From positions 32,001-96,000 of the forward strand of contig JBKJJJ010000174.1 in assembly GCA_046598045.1 (NCBI GenBank): 64,000 nucleotides of DNA, read 5' to 3'. Within the stretch, counting starts at the first letter, position 1; every line of letters starts with the position of its first letter. The position numbers were made by a program, and so were the translations under genes. Below, in pieces: positions 19,244-27,804 of the stretch. Source of the stretch: Candidatus Eiseniibacteriota bacterium (GTDB taxonomy: Bacteria > Eisenbacteria > RBG-16-71-46 > DASYSL01). The notes below the pieces were generated by a model. The model had not been told where the DNA came from, ran no database searches, and saw only the letters and a list, made by a program, of their open reading frames with translations.

Positions 19244-19806
19244 GCGGACTCCAATCGCGAGCGGAACCACTGACCGAGGGGTCCGTCATCTGACTTGCAG
19301 ATCGTGCGGGCGCGGTCGCGGCAGCGCACGGACCGCTGACGCACGGTCGCGTGACTGAGTCCCAGTTTCTCGGCGACTAATCGCAGGTTGAGCGTGGTGA
19401 GCCAGTGCTCGAACAGTTCCCGGCACTGCCCCCCGAGCGACCGCATGATCTCCTGGATGTAGAACTGCGCGTCCTCGGGGCGTAGCTCGTCGTCGTCGAG
19501 TTCGGGCAGTGGCATGGGCAGGTCCTTCTCCGGCAGCGGCTCTGTTCGAGGGCGCCAACGCATGCGATCGATCGCGACACGCCTGGCGATCTCCACCTCG
19601 AGTGCGACCTGGTTGTCGATCGGCCCGCGCAGGACGGCGCGCATCACCCGGATGCAGGCATCCTGCGCCAGGTCCTCGAGCTCGTCGGGACCCACGAGAC
19701 GTGTCAGGTTCGCCGCGATCACCCGCCTCATACGCGCCCTCGCCTCCTCCCAGTTCACCTGATCGAGCGGGCCGCCGCCTTCGGGCGACCGGTTGTCCAG
19801 GGTCAT
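19240..19806 (-). CDS. ECF RNA polymerase sigma factor
   Basis: Region 2 (EDLAQDACIRV...IARRVAIDRMR) and region 4 (CRELF...VAEKLGLSHATVRQR..RCR). Confidence 0.85.
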   Translation of the reverse strand: MTLDNRSPEGGGPLDQVNWEEARARMRRVIAANLTRLVGPDELEDLAQDACIRVMRAVLRGPIDNQVALEVEIARRVAIDRMRWRPRTEPLPEKDLPMPLPELDDDELRPEDAQFYIQEIMRSLGGQCRELFEHWLTTLNLRLVAEKLGLSHATVRQRSVRCRDRARTICKSDDGPLGQWFRSRLESA

Positions 19807-19836
19807 ATCGGACCGATCCTCGGGTCTGGGAGTGGA

Positions 19837-19861
19837 GTCGGGCTGCGGGCAGGGGTGTGAC
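19837..19861 (-). promoter_or_regulatory. Candidate ECF promoter upstream of the sigma gene (GTCACA-N15-CGAC)
   Basis: Minus strand reads GTCACA cccctgcccgcagcc CGAC about 30 nt before ATG 19806; the same motif recurs twice nearby. Confidence 0.55.
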
Positions 19862-19972
19862 AACTCGGCCGTCTAGTATCCGGCAGCGGTCCCCCGGAAT
19901 CAATCCCGTATATTGCCAAGCCTATTCCTGCTAGGGGATTGCCGCCGGCGCGACAAGCTAACAAATTCCCGC

Positions 19973-19996
19973 GTCACACTTGGCCGACCGCTCGAC
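19973..19996 (+). promoter_or_regulatory. Candidate ECF promoter upstream of the FeeM-like gene (GTCACA-N14-CGAC)
   Basis: GTCACA cttggccgaccgct CGAC, 50 nt before ATG 20046. Confidence 0.55.
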
Positions 19997-20045
19997 CTCC
20001 TCCGCGAAGGTCACTGGATCACCGATCCGTCCCGAGGAGCTCGCG

Positions 20046-20861
20046 ATGAACCCGAACTGGATTGAGATCGCTCCGATCGTCCACTCCCGGACCGAATTCG
20101 TCTTTCGAGACGTGCGTGGCAGGGAGGAATTGCTGCAGGTGCTTGCGCTGAGGTACCGCCTCTACTCGACGACTCCGGGCATGTGCCGGCTCGACTCGGT
20201 CGACCACGCGACCCGGCTCGACTTCGATACCTATGACCTGAACTCACGGCACTTCGGATTGTTTGCCCGCAACGGATCGGACGACCGCCTGGTCGGCACG
20301 CTTCGCGCCACCGGAACCCGGACGGGGCCGATGGCGGGCTTGTTGCGGGAGATCGCCTCCGCCCACCCGACGCTCGAGGCGCGAGTCGCGAAGGGTACGA
20401 CCGAGCTCCTGCCCATGCTGGCGGACCTCGCCCAAGCCCCGGCCGTACGCGAGGCCATCCGGTTGCGCAGCGGGGAGGAGATCGCCGAGCCCGGGCGGCT
20501 GACGGTCGACCCGCGGGTTCGTCTCGCCGCGGGGCGGCGCGGGATCCGGCTGTCGCACTTCCTCGTGCACTGCGCGCTGGCGGTGGGCTGGGATCAGCTC
20601 GGGCTCGATCGGGTCTACGTCTATTGCAACGAGCGACTGGATTCGTTCTACCGCCGCGTCGGGTTCTATCCGCTCCCGGGAGGCGAGTCGACGTTCCAGC
20701 AGAAGCAACAAATCCCGATGGTCGTGTTCCAGGCGACCCCGGCCTCGCTCCCCGTCGACCTGCGCCCTGAGATCGAACTCTGCGCCCGGCAGTTGCGCGA
20801 ACGCGGCGAGGCGATTCGCGAGCTTCTCGAGCCGACGGAGACCCGCTGCGCCGCAGCCTAG
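20046..20861 (+). CDS. N-acyl amino acid synthase FeeM / LuxI-like GNAT-fold acyltransferase
   Basis: LALRYRLY, D.DTYD..SRHFGLF, LVGTLR, LPM, IAEPGRL.VDP, FYRRVGF. Confidence 0.72.
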   Translation: MNPNWIEIAPIVHSRTEFVFRDVRGREELLQVLALRYRLYSTTPGMCRLDSVDHATRLDFDTYDLNSRHFGLFARNGSDDRLVGTLRATGTRTGPMAGLLREIASAHPTLEARVAKGTTELLPMLADLAQAPAVREAIRLRSGEEIAEPGRLTVDPRVRLAAGRRGIRLSHFLVHCALAVGWDQLGLDRVYVYCNERLDSFYRRVGFYPLPGGESTFQQKQQIPMVVFQATPASLPVDLRPEIELCARQLRERGEAIRELLEPTETRCAAA

Positions 20862-20889
20862 GCGCCACCCTACCTCAGAGGAGCCAGCG

Positions 20890-21525
20890 ATGTGGAACCG
20901 AGTCGTTCGAAACGCGATCGTCGTTGCCGCCATCTTCCTGCTTCCCCTCGCCGCGAGACCGGACCACCTGCGGCATCCCGCGCCCTGGCTTGCCGCCGCG
21001 GTGGCGCTCGTAGTGCTGATGTCGCAGCCGGCCGTCGACCTTTGCGAATCGGCCTCGCGCGACGCATCCGATCGCGGATCGGCGCTCGGCATCTTTGCCG
21101 CGATGATCGGGGCCCAGGTTGCGTCCTCGCTCCAGTTCGCGGCGGGCCCGGCTGCACAGCCCGCTTGGACCCTCGCAGGCGGCGCCCTGCTCGTCGTGAC
21201 CGGGCTCGCGCTCCGGCTTTGGGCGATCCGCACGCTCGGGCGCTTCTTCACGAGCACGGTGCGCGTGGCCGAGTCGCACCGTGTCGTTCAGGGCGGCCCG
21301 TACCAACTGCTCCGTCACCCGTCGTATACCGGCGCGCTCATGACCGCGCTCGGCACCGCGGCGTTGCTCGGCAGCACGGTCGGAGCGGCGCTGGTCGCCG
21401 TGCTATGCGTGCCCGCCTACCTGTATCGAATCGCCACTGAAGAGCGCGCGCTCATGAACGCGCTCGGTGCCGAGTACGCGGAGTATCGCAGCCGGACCTG
21501 GGGCGTCCTCCCCGGGTTGCGGTGA
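20890..21525 (+). CDS. Isoprenylcysteine carboxyl methyltransferase (ICMT/PEMT) family membrane protein
   Basis: LR.WAIRTLGRFFT, HRVVQGGPY..LRHPSYTG, RI..EERAL....G.EY.EY. Confidence 0.9.
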   Translation: MWNRVVRNAIVVAAIFLLPLAARPDHLRHPAPWLAAAVALVVLMSQPAVDLCESASRDASDRGSALGIFAAMIGAQVASSLQFAAGPAAQPAWTLAGGALLVVTGLALRLWAIRTLGRFFTSTVRVAESHRVVQGGPYQLLRHPSYTGALMTALGTAALLGSTVGAALVAVLCVPAYLYRIATEERALMNALGAEYAEYRSRTWGVLPGLR

Positions 21526-21533
21526 GTTAGCCG

Positions 21534-21557
21534 GTCACAGATCCGATCGGGCACGAC
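21534..21557 (+). promoter_or_regulatory. Candidate ECF promoter upstream of the PKD lipoprotein (GTCACA-N14-CGAC)
   Basis: GTCACA gatccgatcgggca CGAC in the 94-nt intergenic gap before ATG 21620. Confidence 0.55.
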
Positions 21558-21619
21558 TTCCCAGCATACCGGCGGATCGAGCCCCGGATCGCGAACGAGT
21601 TCAACAGTGGAGGTGGTCG

Positions 21620-22456
21620 ATGCAGGGAGTCCTGAAGTCCAGATGGGTGGTTGCGGTGCGCGTCGCACTCCTGTCGACGGCGCTCATTCTCGGGGGTTGC
21701 GGAAAAGACAAGATCTCCGATCCCCAGACGGTGGTGACTCCGGGTGGCGGGACGGATCCGGTTCCTCACGCGGTGATCGGCGCGAATCGATACACGGGTG
21801 ACGCCCCGTTCGTCGTGAGCTTCAGCAATCAGTCGACCAACGGCACCAGGTGCGAGTGGTCGTTCGGCGATGGCGCGAGTTCCACGGAGTGGAGCCCGAG
21901 CCATACCTACACCAGCCTGGGGCGCTATACGGCGAACCTTACCGTGTACAACTCGAAAGGCGCGACTTCGACCGACCAGCGTGTCGTCACGGCGTACTTG
22001 CTCGTCCGACCGTTCGGGGTCGGCGGTAGGGTCTTCGGCCCGTACTACCCCAGTCTCACCCAGGGGGACTGCGACTTTGGCGGGCATGGCCCGGACGTCT
22101 GGATGGACGCCAAGCTGTCGGTCGCGTCCAGCAATCCCGCCCGACTCCAACTCAACGCATCGATGCGCGCGGTCGAGACCCAGGCCGACTGGACGACCGG
22201 TGTCGTGAATGTGGCCACCATCATCTACACGGCGCCGTCAGGAACGCGGATCGAAACCCTTCCCGACGTCAGCGAGCTCCACGAGGCGTATCAGGACAAC
22301 GGATGGGGTCTCGCGACGACCGCCGGCAATGCGCTGGGGAGCTTCACGTGGAAGGGCGATACGGATGGAAATGACGTCTGCGGAACGACCTCGGACGACA
22401 CTCAGATGTTCGTGAACATCAAGGGCATTCAGCTGCGCCTGGGTCCGAGCCAATGA
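21620..22456 (+). CDS. PKD-domain lipoprotein with an uncharacterised C-terminal domain
   Basis: Lipobox LGGC; PKD (GDAPFVVSF.N.S...WSFGDG...PSHTY...G.Y...LTV); GGAGG RBS. Confidence 0.82.
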   Translation: MQGVLKSRWVVAVRVALLSTALILGGCGKDKISDPQTVVTPGGGTDPVPHAVIGANRYTGDAPFVVSFSNQSTNGTRCEWSFGDGASSTEWSPSHTYTSLGRYTANLTVYNSKGATSTDQRVVTAYLLVRPFGVGGRVFGPYYPSLTQGDCDFGGHGPDVWMDAKLSVASSNPARLQLNASMRAVETQADWTTGVVNVATIIYTAPSGTRIETLPDVSELHEAYQDNGWGLATTAGNALGSFTWKGDTDGNDVCGTTSDDTQMFVNIKGIQLRLGPSQ

Positions 22457-22494
22457 GCGCTCCCAGCGGTGTTGCTCACGAGGGGAGGCTCCCG

Positions 22495-25287
22495 ATGACG
22501 CTTTGCTTCCGCGCGCGATTTGCAGCTCGAGCCCTAGCATTGGTGGCGTTCGCCATCGGACTATTCGCCGGGGTCGCGCATGCCGTGGACACCGAACCGG
22601 CAGTACCGCCGATTCCGACTCGCCCGCCGAATTTCGTATCCAAGAACCCCACGATCCAATCGGGGCCGAACCTTCGGTACATAAACGGCCCCGTGATTGC
22701 CAACGTCAAGATCGCGATGGTCCTCTATGGAACGGGTCCTCACGACCCACACGTCGCTGGGACCGTTCCGCCGAGCATGCCTTTCTACTATCAGGACATT
22801 GTCGATGACTGCGCCTTGGACTGGTTGAGCGAATACAGCACTCCGAGCCAGGCAATCGGGCGTGGAACGTTTCTGGGAATGAATCGCGTCACTCCCAGTG
22901 CCGGCCGTAGCGGCTCGAGCCTCACGGACCAGAATTTCCGTGATGAATTGGCGCACCAGATCGACATCCAGGCCATCCCGCGACCGGATGCGAATACTCT
23001 CTACATGGTCCACATGGATCAGGGCCAGACGGTCAGTTTGGGAAAGGATGTTCTGTGCGCGACCATGGGCGGTTACCACTCCAGCTTCAGCCACAACGGG
23101 GCGCCGATTTACTACGCCGTTCTTCCGGACCCGAGCACCTGTGGCTACCAGACGATCCAGGTGCTCATGGGATCGGCGTTTCACGAGATCATCGAGGCCA
23201 TCACGGACCCCGTGGCAGGGAAGGGCTGGTACGACCCCGATTTCGTGTATGTCTCGGGGACTTCCGGCGCGGAAGTCGCTGACATTTGTGATCCCAGCCC
23301 CGTCTTGTTCACGGGTCGCACGAGCAATGACTTCACAATCGAGACCGGATGGTCCAACCAGCGAGGAACTTGCTACACGGGCCTGGACTCGGTCCAGCTG
23401 ATCAGCCCCTCGAACGGGGCGGGGTGTGTGAGCGTGAGCGGCACGCTGCACTGGTCTCCGGTCTCGGGCTCGACCAGCTACAAGGTTTCGATCAGCAACG
23501 CGTCCTACTTTCCGGGCCATATTGTTGAAGCGGGTAAAGGGAGCTCGGGCTCATACAGCTTTGGCCCGCTCCAGCCTCTCACTGCCTACTACTGGCAGGT
23601 GAAAGCCGTGGTTCAGTCGGGCTCTGCGGAGAGCCCGTCTGTGGTCCGATCTTTCGTGACCGGCCCGAATCCGCCTACGATGCCGGTCGTGTCCTATCCC
23701 GCCGACGGAGCGGTCCAACTGCCGGCGAATGGGCAGTTCGCCTGGCAACCCGTACCCGGCGCCACGAACTATCATGTCATCGTGTAGTGCGCCGCGGGCG
23801 ATGTCGTGGCGTCCTCCGTGGTGGCCGCGAGTACTTACTCGTACAGCCTGTCACCAGCGACTTACTCGTGGCAGGTGTACGCCACGGATCAGTGCGGGCA
23901 ATCGAGCGTCCTCTCACCCTCTCGAGCCTTCACCGTCGGAAACGGATCAAGCTGTCCCGCGCCGAACAAGCTGATGCCAAGCGATGGCGCGGCGTGTCAA
24001 CCGACCTCCGGCACTCTGCGGTGGGAGGCGGTCCCAGGGGCCACGGGGTACTTCGTCGACCTGCGATCCGGCACCTGCGATCACTTCAAGCCCAGTTCGA
24101 CGCCGGTCCACGTGACAACGAACGCATACGACTATGCCGGGCTGCATGCCGATGCGTCCTACTCTTGGGCTGTGAAGTCCGACTGTGCATGCGGGGCGTG
24201 TTCCACCTGTGCCAGCTTCAGGACAGCCGCGGATGCGTCCAGCTATCCTCCGCCCAAGTTGGCCTCCCCGGCGAACCTTGCCAAGAACATCCCAAGCAGC
24301 GGTACGTTGAGCTGGCAGGGCGTTCCCAATGCGGTGGGATATCGCGTACAGATCGGAACGGCGTGTGGCACCGGGGCGGAGCAGGACGTCACCGCTCCGA
24401 GCGTACCCTACTCGGGCCTCGCCGAGGGAACAACGCACTATTGGAAAGTGCGCGCCAGATACGACTGCGGCGGGCTCGGATCGTACTCCAGCTGCTACAG
24501 CTTCACGACCGATCGCGTGACGGGTATCAATCGGGTCTACTTCCCGTCCGATCTCGCTTTCGCGCGAGGTCAGACGCACGCCTCGATCCCGGTGCGAGTC
24601 GAGAATCTGGGACTGATCGAGGGCGGGCAGATTACGGTGGAACTCAATCCCGCGGTCTTCACCTATCGAGGATGTTCGCTTGCAGGCACGCGGGGCGACG
24701 GCGGAGCATCCCTGGTCGGTCAACTCGATGCGTCGCACACTCGAGTCCGGTTCACTCTCTCGTACTCGGCGACAGGGAGTTGCCCGCCATCCATTCCGGC
24801 GGGCCTCGGCGATCTGTTTGACATCCTGGTCGACGTCCCGGCCACGGCTCCGCTCGGCTCGACCGCGATCGGGCTCCCTTCGCCGGCCAAGCTTGATGCA
24901 TGCGCCGATCACGGCACGCACTCGGTCAGCGCAGTGCTGCAGCCGGGTTCGGCCCGGATTGCCGAGTCGGTCGCCGTGGGAGATCCCCCGGCTGAGTCGC
25001 CTGAGCCGGGAAGGCTTCAGCTTCTCGCACCATTCCCGAATCCTGCTCGATCCGGCGCGATGATTCGATTCAGCGCTCCCGCGGCAGGCCGGGTAATCGT
25101 CACGCTCTACGACATCGCAGGGCGAGAGGCCGCCAGAATCGCCGATGAGGATTTCACAGCCGGCTGGCATGAGCTTCGCTGGGATGGCCGCGGGCTCAAT
25201 GGGGTTCTCCTGGCGAGCGGGGTCTACGCGCTTCGCGTCAGCGGGGGCGGCCAGACGAGAATTCAGCACATGATCCTGATTCGCTGA
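22495..25287 (+). pseudogene. Large secreted multidomain protein (HExxE domain, four FN3-like repeats, cohesin-like domain, FlgD-Ig CTD) with an in-frame TAG at 23785-23787
   Basis: ORFs 22453-23787 and 23806-25287 share a frame and the TAG falls inside FN3-like repeat 2; FHEIIEAITDP..GWYD...EVADIC; PFPNP...YDIAGR...WDGR...SGVY. Start may be 22453. Confidence 0.75.
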
Positions 25288-25464
25288 CAAATACTCGCGG
25301 AATCGCGGTATTTCGTAACGCTCCGGGCACCCGCCGCGTTGCGGTCGCCCTGGTAAGGCGTCTTGACGGGGCCCCCGCGGGCAATAGTGTCGTTGTCCCC
25401 CCCGCTTTCCTCAGCACCCCAAACTAGGGGTCTCCAGGTTCCAGAGGAAGGAAGTGTTTCGACC

Positions 25465-26472
25465 ATGCCACTACGAGGCGCCTGCTCGGTCGTTGCCTGC
25501 GCGTTCGGCCTGTTGGCGGTTGGCCCGACGCTCTCGAGCGCGCAGTGTACCGGCGACGTCACCGACGACTTCGATGGCTCTACGCTTGGTCCGTTGTGGG
25601 CGAACGTTTCCCAGTGCGCAAGTAGCGTCACCGAGAGTGATGGGGTCCTCCATCTGTTCAAGCCCGACAACGGCCTCGGGTTCGCGATGGTACGTCTTGC
25701 GCCTGACAGGCTGCTGTGCGACGACTTCGATCTCGCAATCGACTACACGCTGAGCATGCCGCCGGCGCAGGACATGGGAGGCAGCATCCATGGGACGCAG
25801 CTCTATACCGCGACCGGGACACTGGTCGCTGGCGCAGAGCGCTATAGGCAGGGGAGTACCTCATGCGTCTCGCCGCAGTATGACTCCTACAAGTTCTACA
25901 CGACCGTGCCGGGGTGTCCGACGGATGCCATCTACCTTCCCACCTCAGCCGCGGCCGGAAGGTTTCGGCTCATCCGAACCGGCGGGACGATCGAAGCCTT
26001 CTATTGGAATGACACAGACTGGGTCCTGAGGATGAGTCGACCGATTACGACGGCAGCTGTCTATCTTCAGCTCAACAGCGGCACGAACTTTAGCATTTCT
26101 CCGGGGTTGAAGGCCGCCACCGGCGGCACGTTCGACAATTTTCACGTGGGCCTGCCGAACCTGGCTGGTGTCGCGCCCGGGACCGGAGCTTCTGGGCTGG
26201 CCTGTTCCGTGCAGCGAAATCCGATGCCGCGCTCGATTCCGGTGCGGTTCGTCTTCGAAACTCCGCGTGATGGGCGAGTGACTCTGCGGATCTACAACGC
26301 AGGCGGAGCTCTTGTCGGGACGGCCCTGGACGAGGACCTTCCTTCGGGGGGTCACATCGCGAGCTGGAGTTCGACCTCTTCCGATGGCAGTCGGCTGGGC
26401 AGCGGTGTCTATTTTGCTCAGCTCGTCGCGAGCGGGCAGCGGGTTTCCACGCGAGTCGTCCTGCTTCCGTAG
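25465..26472 (+). CDS. Secreted beta-sandwich protein with a FlgD-Ig/T9SS-like CTD
   Basis: Signal peptide; DDFDG..LG..W; RLIRTGGTIEAFY; C-terminal RNP...LRIYNAGG...SW...SGVYFAQL. Confidence 0.75.
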   Translation: MPLRGACSVVACAFGLLAVGPTLSSAQCTGDVTDDFDGSTLGPLWANVSQCASSVTESDGVLHLFKPDNGLGFAMVRLAPDRLLCDDFDLAIDYTLSMPPAQDMGGSIHGTQLYTATGTLVAGAERYRQGSTSCVSPQYDSYKFYTTVPGCPTDAIYLPTSAAAGRFRLIRTGGTIEAFYWNDTDWVLRMSRPITTAAVYLQLNSGTNFSISPGLKAATGGTFDNFHVGLPNLAGVAPGTGASGLACSVQRNPMPRSIPVRFVFETPRDGRVTLRIYNAGGALVGTALDEDLPSGGHIASWSSTSSDGSRLGSGVYFAQLVASGQRVSTRVVLLP

Positions 26473-26601
26473 TTGCGCGCGCCCTGCTCGTAGGGGATGG
26501 CAGGCGCCCTCGAGGCTTCCCCGGCCTGTGTTTAGGGGTCCACCGCTCATACTCACGGATGGGCGGTAATCGAGTTTGTTGACGGGCAGAACCGGTTACG
26601 C

Positions 26602-27675
26602 CTAACGCCCGCCGTCCACCCACGCCAGCCCGAACGGCTCGGGCCCCACGCGGATACGATCGCTCACCGTGTTGGACGCGAGGTCGATGACTGAAAGCTC
26701 GTCGTCGCGCGTCGAGGCGACGTACGCGCGCCTGCCGTCCGAGTCCAGCGCGATGCCCAGCGGGTAGGTCCCGACCGGGATGCTCCCGAGCCGCACGCGC
26801 GTTCGCGCGTCGAAGTAGGCCACCGAGCCCTCGCCCGCGTTGACCACGTAGGCGCGGCTCCCGTCGGCCGAGAGTGCGATGCGCACGGGCGCGCGCCCCG
26901 CGTTGAGCACCGCGAGCGAACCGAGCGTGTAGGGATCGAGCACGCTGACCGTGCCGTCGTCGCGGTTCGCGACCCATACTGCCGACCCGTCGGGCGCGAC
27001 CACGACCGCCTCGGGCCCGGAGCGGACGCGGGTCTCCTGCACGTCGCCACCGGTCAGGTTCACGGCGAACAGCGTCGGACCGTTGGCGTCGGTGACGTAC
27101 AGGCGGGTCTCGCTCGGGTCGAGCGCGACCTCGTGCGGGACGCCGTGAGGCAGCACGAACGTACGGTCAATTTGGCGCGACAGCAGGTTGATCTCGAGCA
27201 CCGAGCGGCGCGTCTCCGAGGCGGCGTAGAGGTACACGCCGGAGCGCGCGCAGGCCAGCCCGTGGAACCGTCCATAGGGATAGAAGTCCAGCCGGTCGAT
27301 CTCCTGCCGCGACGACGTCGAGAGCACGGAGATCGTCCCCGCGCCGAACTGGCCGCCGTCGTAGTTCACGACGTAGATCCGGCGCTGGTCGGGCGAGACT
27401 GCGAGTTCGCGCGGATTGAAGCCCACGCGCGCGTAGGCGAAGACGCGGCGCGTGTCGGGGTTCAGGAACGCGACCGCACTGCCCGAGTTCTGCGTGACCA
27501 CGAGCATGCCGCGCAGGGTCGCGCCGGGGTCGCGCTCGCGCAGCGAGTCGGGCCACGAGGCTTCGGCGCCGCCCGGCCCGGGCGCACGCTGGGCGACCGC
27601 GCCGCCGGTGGGCGCGCAGCCCGAGGCAAGCGCGGCAAGAACGAGAAGCGCGAGCAGGGTCCGGGTGTGCGTCAC
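26602..27675 (-). CDS. YncE/YVTN beta-propeller lipoprotein
   Basis: Lipobox LASGC; repeated YVVN/YVTD/WVAN/YVAS blades with VG..P..LA. Confidence 0.85.
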   Translation of the reverse strand: MTHTRTLLALLVLAALASGCAPTGGAVAQRAPGPGGAEASWPDSLRERDPGATLRGMLVVTQNSGSAVAFLNPDTRRVFAYARVGFNPRELAVSPDQRRIYVVNYDGGQFGAGTISVLSTSSRQEIDRLDFYPYGRFHGLACARSGVYLYAASETRRSVLEINLLSRQIDRTFVLPHGVPHEVALDPSETRLYVTDANGPTLFAVNLTGGDVQETRVRSGPEAVVVAPDGSAVWVANRDDGTVSVLDPYTLGSLAVLNAGRAPVRIALSADGSRAYVVNAGEGSVAYFDARTRVRLGSIPVGTYPLGIALDSDGRRAYVASTRDDELSVIDLASNTVSDRIRVGPEPFGLAWVDGGR

Positions 27676-27804
27676 GAGGGTCTCCGCGGTGGAAGCCGGC
27701 TTGGTCCTTCGGCGAGCGGCGAGTATATACTGCGCGTCCAGCGCTGGATCGGAGGAACGCCACGGTCTTCGCTCGCGTTCCTCGTGCCGGTCACGGGCCC
27801 GCAC

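Noticed and set aside
15264..19806. Type III-E CRISPR (Craspase) locus
   Set aside because: No Cas7-11, no repeat-spacer array, and the CHAT protein has a signal peptide; the similarity is only an analogy
10645..23787. Genome-wide TAG reassignment as an explanation of the two internal amber codons
   Set aside because: Conserved genes end at their normal C-termini with TAG (rpmH, yidC, parA, the crotonase at 6002), so TAG is a working stop. Only site-specific readthrough, mutation or assembly error remain
14430..26600. Prophage, integron or transposon origin for the accessory region
   Set aside because: No integrase, transposase, phage genes, attC-like sites or flanking direct repeats were found
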